Made by a program: the position numbers and the translations under genes. A stretch of 63,528 bases of DNA, counting the filler, from Vannella sp. (Eukaryota), in assembly GCA_023345925.1 (NCBI GenBank). It is 7 parts of 7 records of this genome, joined end to end, with 100 filler letters (N's around TTAATTAATTAA, not from the genome) between each part and the next. Parts side by side here need not be neighbours in the genome. Positions count along the whole stretch, not along the records: positions 38,258 to 49,344 come from JAJQQN010000255.1; positions 49,445 to 54,471 come from JAJQQN010000519.1; positions 54,572 to 63,528 come from JAJQQN010000449.1; 4 more parts are not named here. One strand, written 5' to 3'. The notes beneath the pieces were generated by a model. That model was not told the origin of the DNA, ran no database searches, and saw only the letters and a list, made by a program, of their open reading frames with translations. This document shows, in pieces, positions 46,551 through 56,536 of this stretch. Position 1 is the stretch's first letter; each line of letters starts with the position of its first letter.

Positions 46551-47252
46551 ATGGCGGACTGGGCGCTGTTGGGTGAGTTTGCGGTGTACTTGGTGACCTT
46601 GTCCATTCTGGCGTTCCATCTGGCGAGTATCAACCCCGCACGGCCTTTCATGCCGTTGTTTACGACAACGGGGATCGCTTTGGCTGCTTCGTCGACTTGG
46701 TTTAGTCAGAGTTGGGACTCGTCGCACGAGTCTCTCATTACTCCTTGGTCTGACCCGCTTGGTAACAGTGCCATCTTGTTTGCCTTGGCCTACATGATTG
46801 CAGACCTCCCTCCTCTCATCTGCATGCACCAACTGTTGCCGTATGAGCGGGCGATGTTCGTCTTCCACCACGTCTTCTGCGCTCTCCACCTCTTCTGTGC
46901 TCTGTACTACGGGGAGTACCAGAAGGTCGCTGTGTTGGCTCTCACAGCAGAGATATCCAACATCTTCCTCAATGGGCGCAAGGTTGTGCCTCAAGGCGGC
47001 CTCGTCAAGCAGACTGCTGATGGTATCTTTGCGCTTACCTTCCTGTTCTATCGGTTAGGCTATGCTGTTCCCATGTGCGTCCGCGAGTGCATCTATCTCT
47101 TCCAACAAGGGAGATGGTTCGAGCTCTTCGTCCAGCATAGCGGGACCGTCTTCGTTGGCGCCCTACACATCTGGTGGACTTATCTGGTGCTCGACGGCAT
47201 TCGTGTGGTCATCGTGCCTCCCAAACAAGCCTCCAAAGCAAAGACGGACTAA
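46551..47252 (+). CDS. TLC (TRAM/LAG1/CLN8) domain membrane protein
   Basis: Multiple TMs with AYMIADL, FHH, AEISNIFLNGR, FALTFLFYRL, LHIWW. Confidence 0.85.
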   Translation: MADWALLGEFAVYLVTLSILAFHLASINPARPFMPLFTTTGIALAASSTWFSQSWDSSHESLITPWSDPLGNSAILFALAYMIADLPPLICMHQLLPYERAMFVFHHVFCALHLFCALYYGEYQKVAVLALTAEISNIFLNGRKVVPQGGLVKQTADGIFALTFLFYRLGYAVPMCVRECIYLFQQGRWFELFVQHSGTVFVGALHIWWTYLVLDGIRVVIVPPKQASKAKTD

Positions 47253-47273
47253 ACCCTAAACCCTAAACCCTAA
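47249..47273. repeat. Interstitial telomere-type repeat (CCCTAAA)x~3.5
   Basis: ctaaaccctaaaccctaaaccctaa, overlapping the TLC stop codon. Confidence 0.85.
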
Positions 47274-47306
47274 CGCCCATTTCCCCTCATTTCTCTCGGA
47301 GCGGGT

Positions 47307-48137
47307 TTGGTGGGTGTGGAGGTGTCAACCAGGACTCTGGAAGATGTAGAGAAGAGGGACAAGGAAGGGTACAACAGCAACAACCATTGGGCCTTGGAAG
47401 GACGTGAAAGGCCGCGTGATTATGAAGAGGCGAGCGAGCGTTGCCACACCCGCGAGTGGGTCGCTCTCTTCCACCCGCTTGGTTCTTGGTTTGAGCTCGA
47501 AATCAAGCAAAGCGATGTGTGTTGGCTACGTGAAGCGAGAGAGATTGGGAATCAAACGGGCCGGGTGTCCTCTTTGCACCAAGAGGAGATTGAGGACGCA
47601 GTTGAACGCTATTCCACTCCCTTCCTAGATGGAACGCCCTACTTCGTGAGGACGGAGAGTGCTTCTCTGAAGCATGGAATCCATGGTGCTGGCCCTTACT
47701 ACACGCTCAGGCAGGTTCTGGAATCGTTAGCAAGTTCCACAGTGGGCCATTCCTGCTTCACCAACTCTTGCCGTCTGTATTTCCTGCCTTGGCGAAAGCT
47801 AGAGCGAGAGAAAGAGTTCCGCCTGTTTGTCTTCCAAGGAGAACTGACTGCAGTGTCGCCTCAGTTTATCTACGCAGTGAATGAATGGTTGTTGTCAAAG
47901 ACAGCAGAGGAGGTGACAGAAGTGTGTCAGTGCATTACCAAGCATTTCAATGCGAGCATTCGCCCTCTGTTGGGGAACGGAAACTACTCTGTTGACATGA
48001 TGTATGATGGCTACTTCATCGAGACCAATCCTTTTGGGAGAGACTACAGCAGTGGGTCCGCCTTATTCCACTGGATTCACGATGACTCCCTCTTACATGA
48101 TCCAACCGTCATCTCTTTTCGTTATCTCAGCCAATAA
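47307..48137 (+). CDS. Cdc123/R2K-family ATP-grasp protein (no in-frame ATG near 5' end)
   Basis: YFVRTESASLKHG, LYFLPW, EFRLFV..LTAVSPQ, FIETNPFG..SSGSALFHW..D. Confidence 0.75.
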   Translation: MVGVEVSTRTLEDVEKRDKEGYNSNNHWALEGRERPRDYEEASERCHTREWVALFHPLGSWFELEIKQSDVCWLREAREIGNQTGRVSSLHQEEIEDAVERYSTPFLDGTPYFVRTESASLKHGIHGAGPYYTLRQVLESLASSTVGHSCFTNSCRLYFLPWRKLEREKEFRLFVFQGELTAVSPQFIYAVNEWLLSKTAEEVTEVCQCITKHFNASIRPLLGNGNYSVDMMYDGYFIETNPFGRDYSSGSALFHWIHDDSLLHDPTVISFRYLSQ

Positions 48138-48391
48138 GAAGCAACTCCACACCTTTCTGCTTCTTCTTTTGCACATCGTTTGAGTTGCTTAGAACCCTAC
48201 TCGAGGACAAGCAACGAACGCGGATTCCTCTTTCCGGTTTTCCTTCCCATCAAAGAAGAGAGCGAGTGCCCCAACAATGTCCGCTTCCAAAAAGTCTAAA
48301 GTCAAGTCACTCAGGCACTTTCCCGAATGCTCCTCTATCACTGTTGACAGGATTTGGTGAACTCTTCATGTGGTAGGTAAGGGAAAGCGGA

Positions 48392-49005
48392 TCATATTGA
48401 CAAAGAGAAGGACAAAGTCCACTCTTGAAGGCGAGAAGGGGACAGTGCGAACGACAAGAAGCCTTCGATTCCTCCAGCAGCATTGAAGGAGCCTCCCAGG
48501 GCCATCAGTAGAAGGAGGAAGAGACCAAGGTCCATGATGATGGTGCCAGGCAAGCGGGCTTTGGGTCCCAAGTTCCGATACCCAAGGGCGAACAGCTCGC
48601 GTCCTACAATATAAAGGATCCCGCATAGAACTGCACTTCCTGGATAGAACAGTCCTGCTACAAGCTCTAGCACGATGGCGGTGGCGATGCCCTCTACATA
48701 GTTGTAATGAACTCGTTGGTAGCGCCCGAAGCGGAACCATTGATCATGAGAGAGCTTTGAAGCATAGATACCCTCTCCCATATCAGGATAACCTGAGCTC
48801 GCGCCTCCCACAAGCTGAGGGAAGAAGCGCTTGAAGAAACTCGGGGGAAACGTTCTCTTTCGCTCTGCCATCGCCCACACGCCATGCAGAACCATCTGCA
48901 GACAGAACAGTACCACCATCACGAGACACTACTCTCATTAGGTCACCTTCGCGCCACTACCCCTGTCACGGTGCTACTCACCCACGCGTACTCGGCCGAC
49001 ACCAT
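48392..49005 (-). CDS. MAPEG family protein (microsomal glutathione S-transferase 3-like)
   Basis: Small first exon MVSAEYAW (ATG 49005) spliced to CLVMVVLF..; GYPDMG, FGRYQRVHYNYVE, GRELFALGY. 3' end approximate. Confidence 0.85.
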
Positions 49006-49344
49006 CCCCGCCGTAGAATAGAAGGACGTTGGTTTTTAGACAGTTTGGAAGCTGGAGGGAGCGAGGAAGGTCTTCTTGGGCCAGCTTGGTCGGCAAGTGG
49101 TTGAGGCGATAGAGGATGGTCAAGAGGGCTTCCCAGGCACTGGATTAGAGCTTTCCTTTGGTGGTAAAGGAGAAAGCTTCCGCCAGGTATGGATACAAGT
49201 AAGCAAAGTGGACTGGCGAAGGCGTAGTAGGGATAACAAGGGGTGCAGGGCATTGTGACGAACACTCGAAGCTCTTCTGAGTTTCTCTTGGATGATGGAA
49301 CGGGTACAGCTCTCCTCAAGCTCAGTCGCAAGTGTATACAAGAC

Positions 49345-49444
49345 NNNNNNNNNNNNNNNNNNNNNNNNNNNNNNNNNNNNNNNNNNNNTTAATTAATTAA
49401 NNNNNNNNNNNNNNNNNNNNNNNNNNNNNNNNNNNNNNNNNNNN
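49345..49444. other. Artificial contig spacer
   Basis: N44 + TTAATTAATTAA + N44. Confidence 0.99.
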
Positions 49445-49706
49445 CCTCAGTCAACCACGTCCGCTGGTCTCCTTGATAAGTACCTGGTTCGCAGACAACG
49501 ATCTCGTTCGCTCCGAAACTTCGGTTCGTCCGTTGATGTCCTCTCGTCCTCTTAGCATCCAGAGGATCAACCAAGAACGTGTCCCCCAGCTTCTCCCCTG
49601 GGGACAATTTGCCCTCCAAAAATGAAGCCTGATGGTTATTTCTTCAAAGCAAAATTATCCCATGTAGACTGAGTCCTTAATAATAATCATTTATCTTATT
49701 TGGAGG

Positions 49707-52700
49707 ATGGTCGCGGTTGCTTCCCATGTCCTCGCGATCGCCTGGGTGCTCTGTCTCTTGTCTGTGCTGGTCAGTGTGAGTGGAGAAGGAGTTTCTGCAA
49801 CGGTCTATGTGGAGCCGAATGGGAGTGCTTCGTGCGTGGGGGAATACGGGAGTGTTGGCTGCCCCTGTGCGACCCTCTTTGATGCCTTGAATCTGGCGTT
49901 TGAGGAGCCTTCGGGTCTGGTACGAATTCTTCTCAATCCAGGGAACTACACGGGAGCCTCCAACTCGCAGCTCGTCTTCAACTCGTCCGTAGTCCCCGTT
50001 TCCATCGAGTACGACTCTCCCTCGCTTTCCCGCCCTCTTCTCTAACCACCCATCAGATCCAGAGACCACAGCTCCCCAGCGAGGATCATTTCCTCCTCTT
50101 GGTTTGCCAACATCACCCAAACAGACGTGGAGATCTCGTTCCGAGGTCTTCTCTTTGACAACCAAAACATCAAGTCTGGCGGTCGAGATTTCATAACCGT
50201 TATGAGAGGCAAGAGACATCCTAGACATGATAGAAAAGATTCTGACGCGCTCTCTTTAGAGTCGCCCTCAAATGGTGTTCTTAGTTTTCACAACGTGTCT
50301 TTTGAGGAATCCGCCACGGTGCAAGTCAGTGTAAACGAGGCAAGTGTCTCCTTCCAAGGATGCCTCTTCTCAAGAAGCTCTGTGACGTCTCTTAAATCGT
50401 CAGGAGTCTCCAATATCACTCTCATTGATAGCGTTTGGTCGAATAACAGGTTAATCTCTGTTGAAAGCCTCCTTAGCCTCAAAGAGGGTAATTTGAGGAT
50501 GATCAACTGTGATTTCTTTCAGAACTTTGTTTACCCATTGGGGCTGCTGGAATTCAGGTTGGCAAACACCCTCGAAATCGATTCTTGTAACTTCAGCAAT
50601 AACAGAGCCGGTCGGGATTCTATCTTCTTCAGCGGAGACTTTGTGAGTGTGAGAAACTCCTCTTTCGTCAATTGCAGTAATTCCGGACGTATGATCGAAA
50701 TCTCGGCCCTCTCTTCCACCTTTGAGAACTCTTCGTTTCATAACTGTGTCGGATCCTTTTTGCTGATCACTATTTCTGGCTCTCCATTGCGAGCGACAAA
50801 CACTTCTTTTTTTGGTGTCTCCTTTACCAACTGCAAGGCCACTCATCTTTTGGGCGTCCACAGCACTCGGAGCATTTTTTCGAACTGCAACTGGGAAGGA
50901 AACAGCGGCTCTTTATTGAGCTTCCGACCTTTTCTGGTATCGAATGAGAGTAACCTGTATCTTTTCGCATTCACAGACTGCCTTGTCGCTGGAAATCTCT
51001 ACGAGAGTAGAATCCCACTTTCACTGATTAACATTTTCATGATAACTGGAGAGTTCTTCGCCCAAAACAACCTGTTCATTGATAATTCGGGAGTCCTTTT
51101 TGCTCTCTTATTGAGTGAAACCACTGCTTCTTCTGCCTATCCAAGAGCTATGATAGAAAACTGGAATGTCCAATCTGGCGTTGGTGGAATTTCTGCCCAA
51201 AATGGCTGGAAAGTGATCACTCTTTCTCAATCTTCCTTTAGAAACCTGACTCGACCTGCTCTTTCCTTGATAGGCTCTGCAGTTGAGATGCTTCATGTGA
51301 CAATTCAGGGAGTATCTGACGTCGGTTCGCTGCAAAATTCAGCATCATTCTCTTTAATTGAACTGGAGGACGAATCTTCACTGATGATTGAGTCGTGCCT
51401 TTTCACGAACATTATCTCAGCAAAAAGCCTCATCGAATCCAAAAGCTCAAATCTCACAGCTTCAAACACTCTTTTCACTGGCATTGGGAACACATCTTCT
51501 TCCCCTTGCATCACCGCCTCTTTTGGATATCTCAGCATCAAGAACTGTAACTTTACGAGCAACATCGCCCGCCAGGCATCTGGTATCTTCACAGTCAACA
51601 TGAATTCCATTTCCTTGGAAGATATTGTTGCCCACAAAAACGATGCAGGCACTGTTGGATTTGCACAATTGCAATCTCAAGTAATCATGATTAAGAGATC
51701 CTCCTTTTTTGGTTGCTCAGCTCTCAAAGGGAGTGGAGCCCTCGTCATTGAAGGAGATGCCACATTGAAGGATTTGATTTTCTCGGAGAATCTCTCTGCA
51801 GCAGGACCAGGAGCTTTGGAACTCCGAAGTGGCTCATTGAACGTCCAGAACGTCCAATTCTGGAGGAACAAAGGAACCAAAGGCACTGCTTTCATCTTGG
51901 GTCAGAGCTTCTGGGATAATGTCACCTTCCAATCGAATCAAGTTGAGTCTGGAGGCGCTGTGGTGGTTGAGGAAACTGGATCAGTTTTCTTTGAGAAATC
52001 CTATTTTTCGGATAACTCTGCCACCGAGAGTAGTGGGGTGGCATTGCTCTCTCAAGAAGCTGAAGGGACATTTATTGACTGCGTTTTTCACAACAACTCG
52101 GCTTTGACCGATGCCGGAGCAATATTTGTTGCTGATAAGGCTCTCTTGCAGCTCAAATCATGCTGCTTTGAAAATAACCAGGCAGGGGGAAGTGGAGGAG
52201 CACTTTACTTTTCTTCCAAATCCAAGGGGAATATTTCGGACACCCTGATTTCTCACAATTCTGGGAGTGGTGGAGGAGGTGCCTATTTTACCAACCTTGC
52301 CGCACCCTCTTTTGAGAGAGTCCAATTCCATGGCAACTATGCAGTTGGAGGGGCAGGCGTCAAAGTGACTGGCAACGCGTTTCCATTTTTCTCTAACTGT
52401 TCCTTCAAGTCGAACATTGCTTCATCTCAAGGAGCAGGATCGCAATCGTCGGTCTATTCAAGACCAACCTTCGCTTTTTGTACATTTACTGAGAATAAGG
52501 CGGATTTGGGCTCTGGAGGTGGAGCCCTGGACGAGGACTTTTCGTTATCAAACTACTCTGGATGTATTTTTGAGAGAAACCAAGCAAGTACGGGAGGTGG
52601 GATGTTCTCAACCGCTGCGAAAGGACCAATTGTCTTTGGGACAACGTTTATTGGTAATAATGCCGGATTGAATGGTGGAGGATTCGCTGTTGGAAAGTCC

Positions 52701-54471
52701 AGCTCCGGCCTCATGACTAATATAACTTGTCAGAACAACACTGCCTCCGGAGGAGGCTGTGGCGCTACCATTGACTCAAGTTCAACCTTTATTACCAACT
52801 TAATTGCATTTTGGAATGTGGCTTCAACTCAAGGCGGTGCATTATTGATCACAGACCTCTCTACTCCAACTATCTCAAATGGCAGTTTCATTGCTAACAC
52901 CTCCCCTACTGGTGGAGCTTTAGTTGCCACAGAGTCCTCTGAGGGATACGTTTTTGACAGTCATTTCATGCGCAACAATGCCTCAGAGAAGGGCGGAGCG
53001 ATTTTCTCAAAAGGATTTGGAATTACCATTGGACGCTCCATTATTGAGGACAATTTCGGAATCACTGGAGGCGGAATCTATCTTGAAGCAGGAGAGAAGA
53101 AGGGAGATACCCCTGTTTGTCAAAATTGCACAATCAGTGAAAATAACGCATATAGAGGGGCTGGTGCATTCATTTCGTCCTTCAGCCTGAAGAGTTACTC
53201 TCGGCCCGTCTCGGAAATGGACGCATCTTTCTACGAATGCACTTTCAGAAATAATCACGCGATCACAGAAGGAGGTGGAATCTACAACGAGCTTCAAGCT
53301 CTCCCAATTGCCTCTTTTTCTGAGTGCCACTTCTCGGGAAATACAGCTGGGACTCTTGGTGGGGGACTATTCATTGGCTCCTCCAGTGCGAGCTCCTCTC
53401 AGGAGATAGTCTGGATGTACAATAGCACTTTCGGGAACAACACTGCTGACACAGCAGGTTATAATGCTGCTTGGGAGGTTCCCCCAAGTATCCGATCTAA
53501 CAAGAGTGATTACTTTTGTGAGGGATGCTATTATGGTCCCTCTGGCGCTGGAAATAGCTCAAACAGCTATTCCAACATTTATGGTTTTGCAACAGCTCCC
53601 CAGCTCCTCATTTTTGTGGAAAATTACACTTGCCCTTCCACAATCTATGTCGACCAGAAGCCCTTTGATTTGGATCTGAACTTTGTGGACGCTTTTGGAA
53701 CTGTTGTCAAAGGCCAGTTTTATGAGATTGCCCATTGGACTCTGGAACTTGCTCAAGAATCCCTAAATTGCTCAATGGGTGAAGATGCAAATGTCTTCAC
53801 ATCTTTTGAAGAAAGTGGAATTGCTCCTTTCGATCAAGTAGTTCTCTATGCACTCTCAGACACAAAATGTTCTCTGAAATTTATTCCTCATTCTAGAAAT
53901 AGATCCAGTGTATTTGTGACTCCTATTGAGTGCGTTGTCACACTCAGTGGCTGTCCACCAAACTACAAATTGAATCCAGTTTTTGGTAGCAGCTATCTTA
54001 GTCGATATGATACTTGTGTCTATGGTGAGCCACTGCAATTTTCTTTTGAGTGATCCTGACCCCTTTAGACCCTCCTCCACTTTACACCGACGTTGAAATC
54101 CTTGGGATGATACTCCTGGTACTACTGGCGATCATTCTCTTGCTTTTTGCAGTGATTTGTGTCATCGCAATGATCACTGCTGCTGTGGTAGCGATTCAAA
54201 TGAGAAGAAAGCAACGAAAGTATCGAATGGCCCACATGGAGATCCCAGACTTTGCAGGGCGCACGGATGTTTCTCTTGAGCAGCTTTTGGAAGATCCAAG
54301 CATCCAAAGGATCCCATTCGAGCAGCTTGAGTTCACCAAACGATTGGGAATGGGCGCAGCGGGTGTGGTCCATCAAGCCCGCTGGCTCTCATCTCCTGGA
54401 GGAGCCCGAGATGTTGCCATCAAGGAGTTGATCCTTTCCACGGAAGACTTTGATGAGGGCACCCTGCAAGA
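49707..54471 (+). CDS. Receptor-like kinase: signal peptide, long parallel beta-helix (PMP-like FxxN/GGA repeats) ectodomain, TM, TKL-type kinase; 3'-truncated
   Basis: VYVEPNG..GS..CPCATL..AL N-cap; many FxxNxA..GGA[ILV] motifs; intron 54025-54069; TM ILGMILLVLLAIILLLFAVICVIAMI; IPFEQLEF..LGMGAAGVV..W..VAIKEL. Confidence 0.85.
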
Positions 54472-54571
54472 NNNNNNNNNNNNNNNNNNNNNNNNNNNNN
54501 NNNNNNNNNNNNNNNTTAATTAATTAANNNNNNNNNNNNNNNNNNNNNNNNNNNNNNNNNNNNNNNNNNNN
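54472..54571. other. Artificial contig spacer
   Basis: N44 + TTAATTAATTAA + N44. Confidence 0.99.
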
Positions 54572-54828
54572 GGCTGAGCTGAGGTATCCAAAGCGACTTT
54601 CTTCCACTGAGGAGCCAACACACCCCAAACCGTGAGAGATGTCCCATTGAACAAATTAAATCAACAGGTCGACTCAAGTGATCTGTCACGTCCAACATGG
54701 AACTGTAAAGCTTTTAAATCACTTGAGTCGACCTGTTGATTTTATTTGTTCAAGGGGACATCTCTCACGGTTTGGGGTGTGCTGGCTCCTCAGTGGAAGA
54801 AAGTCGCTTTGGATACCTCAGCTCAGCC
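54572..54828. mobile_element. Long inverted repeat (111-bp arms, 35-bp spacer); MITE/foldback-like
   Basis: 54572-54682 is the reverse complement of 54718-54828 with 3 mismatches. The left edge coincides with the contig start, so no TSD can be assessed. The inverted repeat is certain; mobility is inferred. Confidence 0.55.
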
Positions 54829-54900
54829 AATGAGAAGGAGGGAACCAAGAGAATATCGAGCGAGAATGGGGGAAGCCAATCTGGTCATTTTGGTGGCTCA

Positions 54901-55404
54901 ATGGTGTGGATAAACCAAACCGTGACGATGTATCATGGTACATCATCAGACAGCGCTCGCTCCATTGAAAGGAACGGGTTTAGGCCCTCTTCTGGTGGGT
55001 TGCTTGGCGCTGGAGTGTACTTTGCGTGTAGTTCAAAGGCAAGGAACTTTGCTGCATCAGCAGAGGAACGGGGTTTGGGGTCAGGTCAAGGAGCTGTCAT
55101 TCAATGTCAGGTGTACGTGGGTGATTGCATCTTCACAGACAATGGGGACATCCCCAGCACCTGGAGAGAGCATTTCGGTGCTGCCTACGCCACGTACACG
55201 TCCAGCTCGAGGAGACCAGAATGGTGCATCGTGGACACCAACCACATACGAATCGTAAAGGTATTCCACCTCCAAGACGGCTACCCCTCCTCCCTTGGCG
55301 ACCCCAACAACGCCGCACGCGACAAGTTTGACGAACTCTACGCCATCTTCCTCCGCGGAGAAGCAGAAGCAGCCCGCCTCTTAGCGAACCTTCAACAAAG
55401 ATAG
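54901..55404 (+). CDS. Small stand-alone PARP-type ADP-ribosyltransferase (Gig2-like)
   Basis: TMYHGTS..SIERNGFRPS.GGLLGAGVYFA..KARNFA..GAVIQCQV.VG..EWCIVD gives an H-Y-E triad. Confidence 0.8.
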   Translation: MVWINQTVTMYHGTSSDSARSIERNGFRPSSGGLLGAGVYFACSSKARNFAASAEERGLGSGQGAVIQCQVYVGDCIFTDNGDIPSTWREHFGAAYATYTSSSRRPEWCIVDTNHIRIVKVFHLQDGYPSSLGDPNNAARDKFDELYAIFLRGEAEAARLLANLQQR

Positions 55405-55492
55405 AGCCCCATCCTCGTCACCGCCTTGGACCGCTCTCTGAAGAACAGCAAATTCTATTGGACCAACGTGAGGGTGTGGAAGTCTGAGGGTT

Positions 55493-55990
55493 TTACCAGC
55501 CAACCTTTCCTCGTTGGTTGGCGTAGACAACTTGTGGGTCTTTCCAGTCGCTCTCTCCGGGTGCTTTGGGCATGTTGGCACCGGCTGCGACGAAGGATTT
55601 GAGGTGAGACTCGATCTCTTCAGATGTTAGGAATGCAGCATCGACGCTCTTCTCTTGGTTGTAGTCTGGGAGCGTCGTGAGTGGGAGCTGGAGAGGGTTC
55701 TGGTTACGCCTCACCGTAGCGGCAGTAGATGTAGGGTTTGGCAGTTTCTGCCGATCGGACGCTAATGGGAAGACCAGGGTTCAGAGCTTTGATCCAGTTG
55801 TAGTTCGTCTCGAGGTATTGTCTGCAGACGAGTCATCAACTAGCCCTGCACCAGCCCCGCCAGTCCTAGTGGGTCCGCCCACCCAACAAGGACCATGTAC
55901 TCACCTAAGACCCGCTGAGCTCTCGCCCACTGGACATATGATGATGCGGAACTCTTGGACGTTCGCGGAGATGCGCGCCAACCAAGACAT
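55493..55990 (-). CDS. NDUFA2: Complex I subunit NDUFA2 (CI-B8), three exons; mostly missed by ORF track
   Basis: Spliced product MSWLARISANVQEFRIIICPVGESSAGLR/QYLETNYNWIKALNPGLPISVRSAETAKPYIYCRY/DYNQEKSV..EEIESHLK. Confidence 0.85.
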
Positions 55991-56536
55991 AGAAAAAATA
56001 CCCATTTGTATGCTACCTCTGTTACTTAATAAACGTGAATATGTTGGAAACATTGAATGGAGCATGTTCTTGGGACACAAGATTGGGAAGAACTTTCGTC
56101 AGCTTGAAAATCATTCTGTTTTCTCTTGGTAAGCCCAGCGACCTCCCTCTCTATCCCCATGGGTTCTGTGATGATTGAATCATTACAAGTATAGTTCAAC
56201 TGATAGCTATGACGACCTTATTTCGCCCCTATCTGATCGAACCCTCCCCTTCTACTTCTTTTCCTTTCTCCCCTTCATCATCGTTCTCACCCCTTCTCCA
56301 GATCTCATGATCGGTCTGAACTGATCAATAAATCAAACTTGATGCCAACTCTTCGCCCCGAATGGTTCCTTTCGTCCTCTGCGCTATGATGATGATGTTA
56401 TTAGCTCTATCAGAACTACTCAAGCTGAGTGAAACCATAACAACTGAGTGCAAACAAAGACAACCAATACAAAGGCATTCCCCAAACACGCATGCGGAAG
56501 AGAACCTGGGCGAACGAGCTATCCTATTTTACTTGT

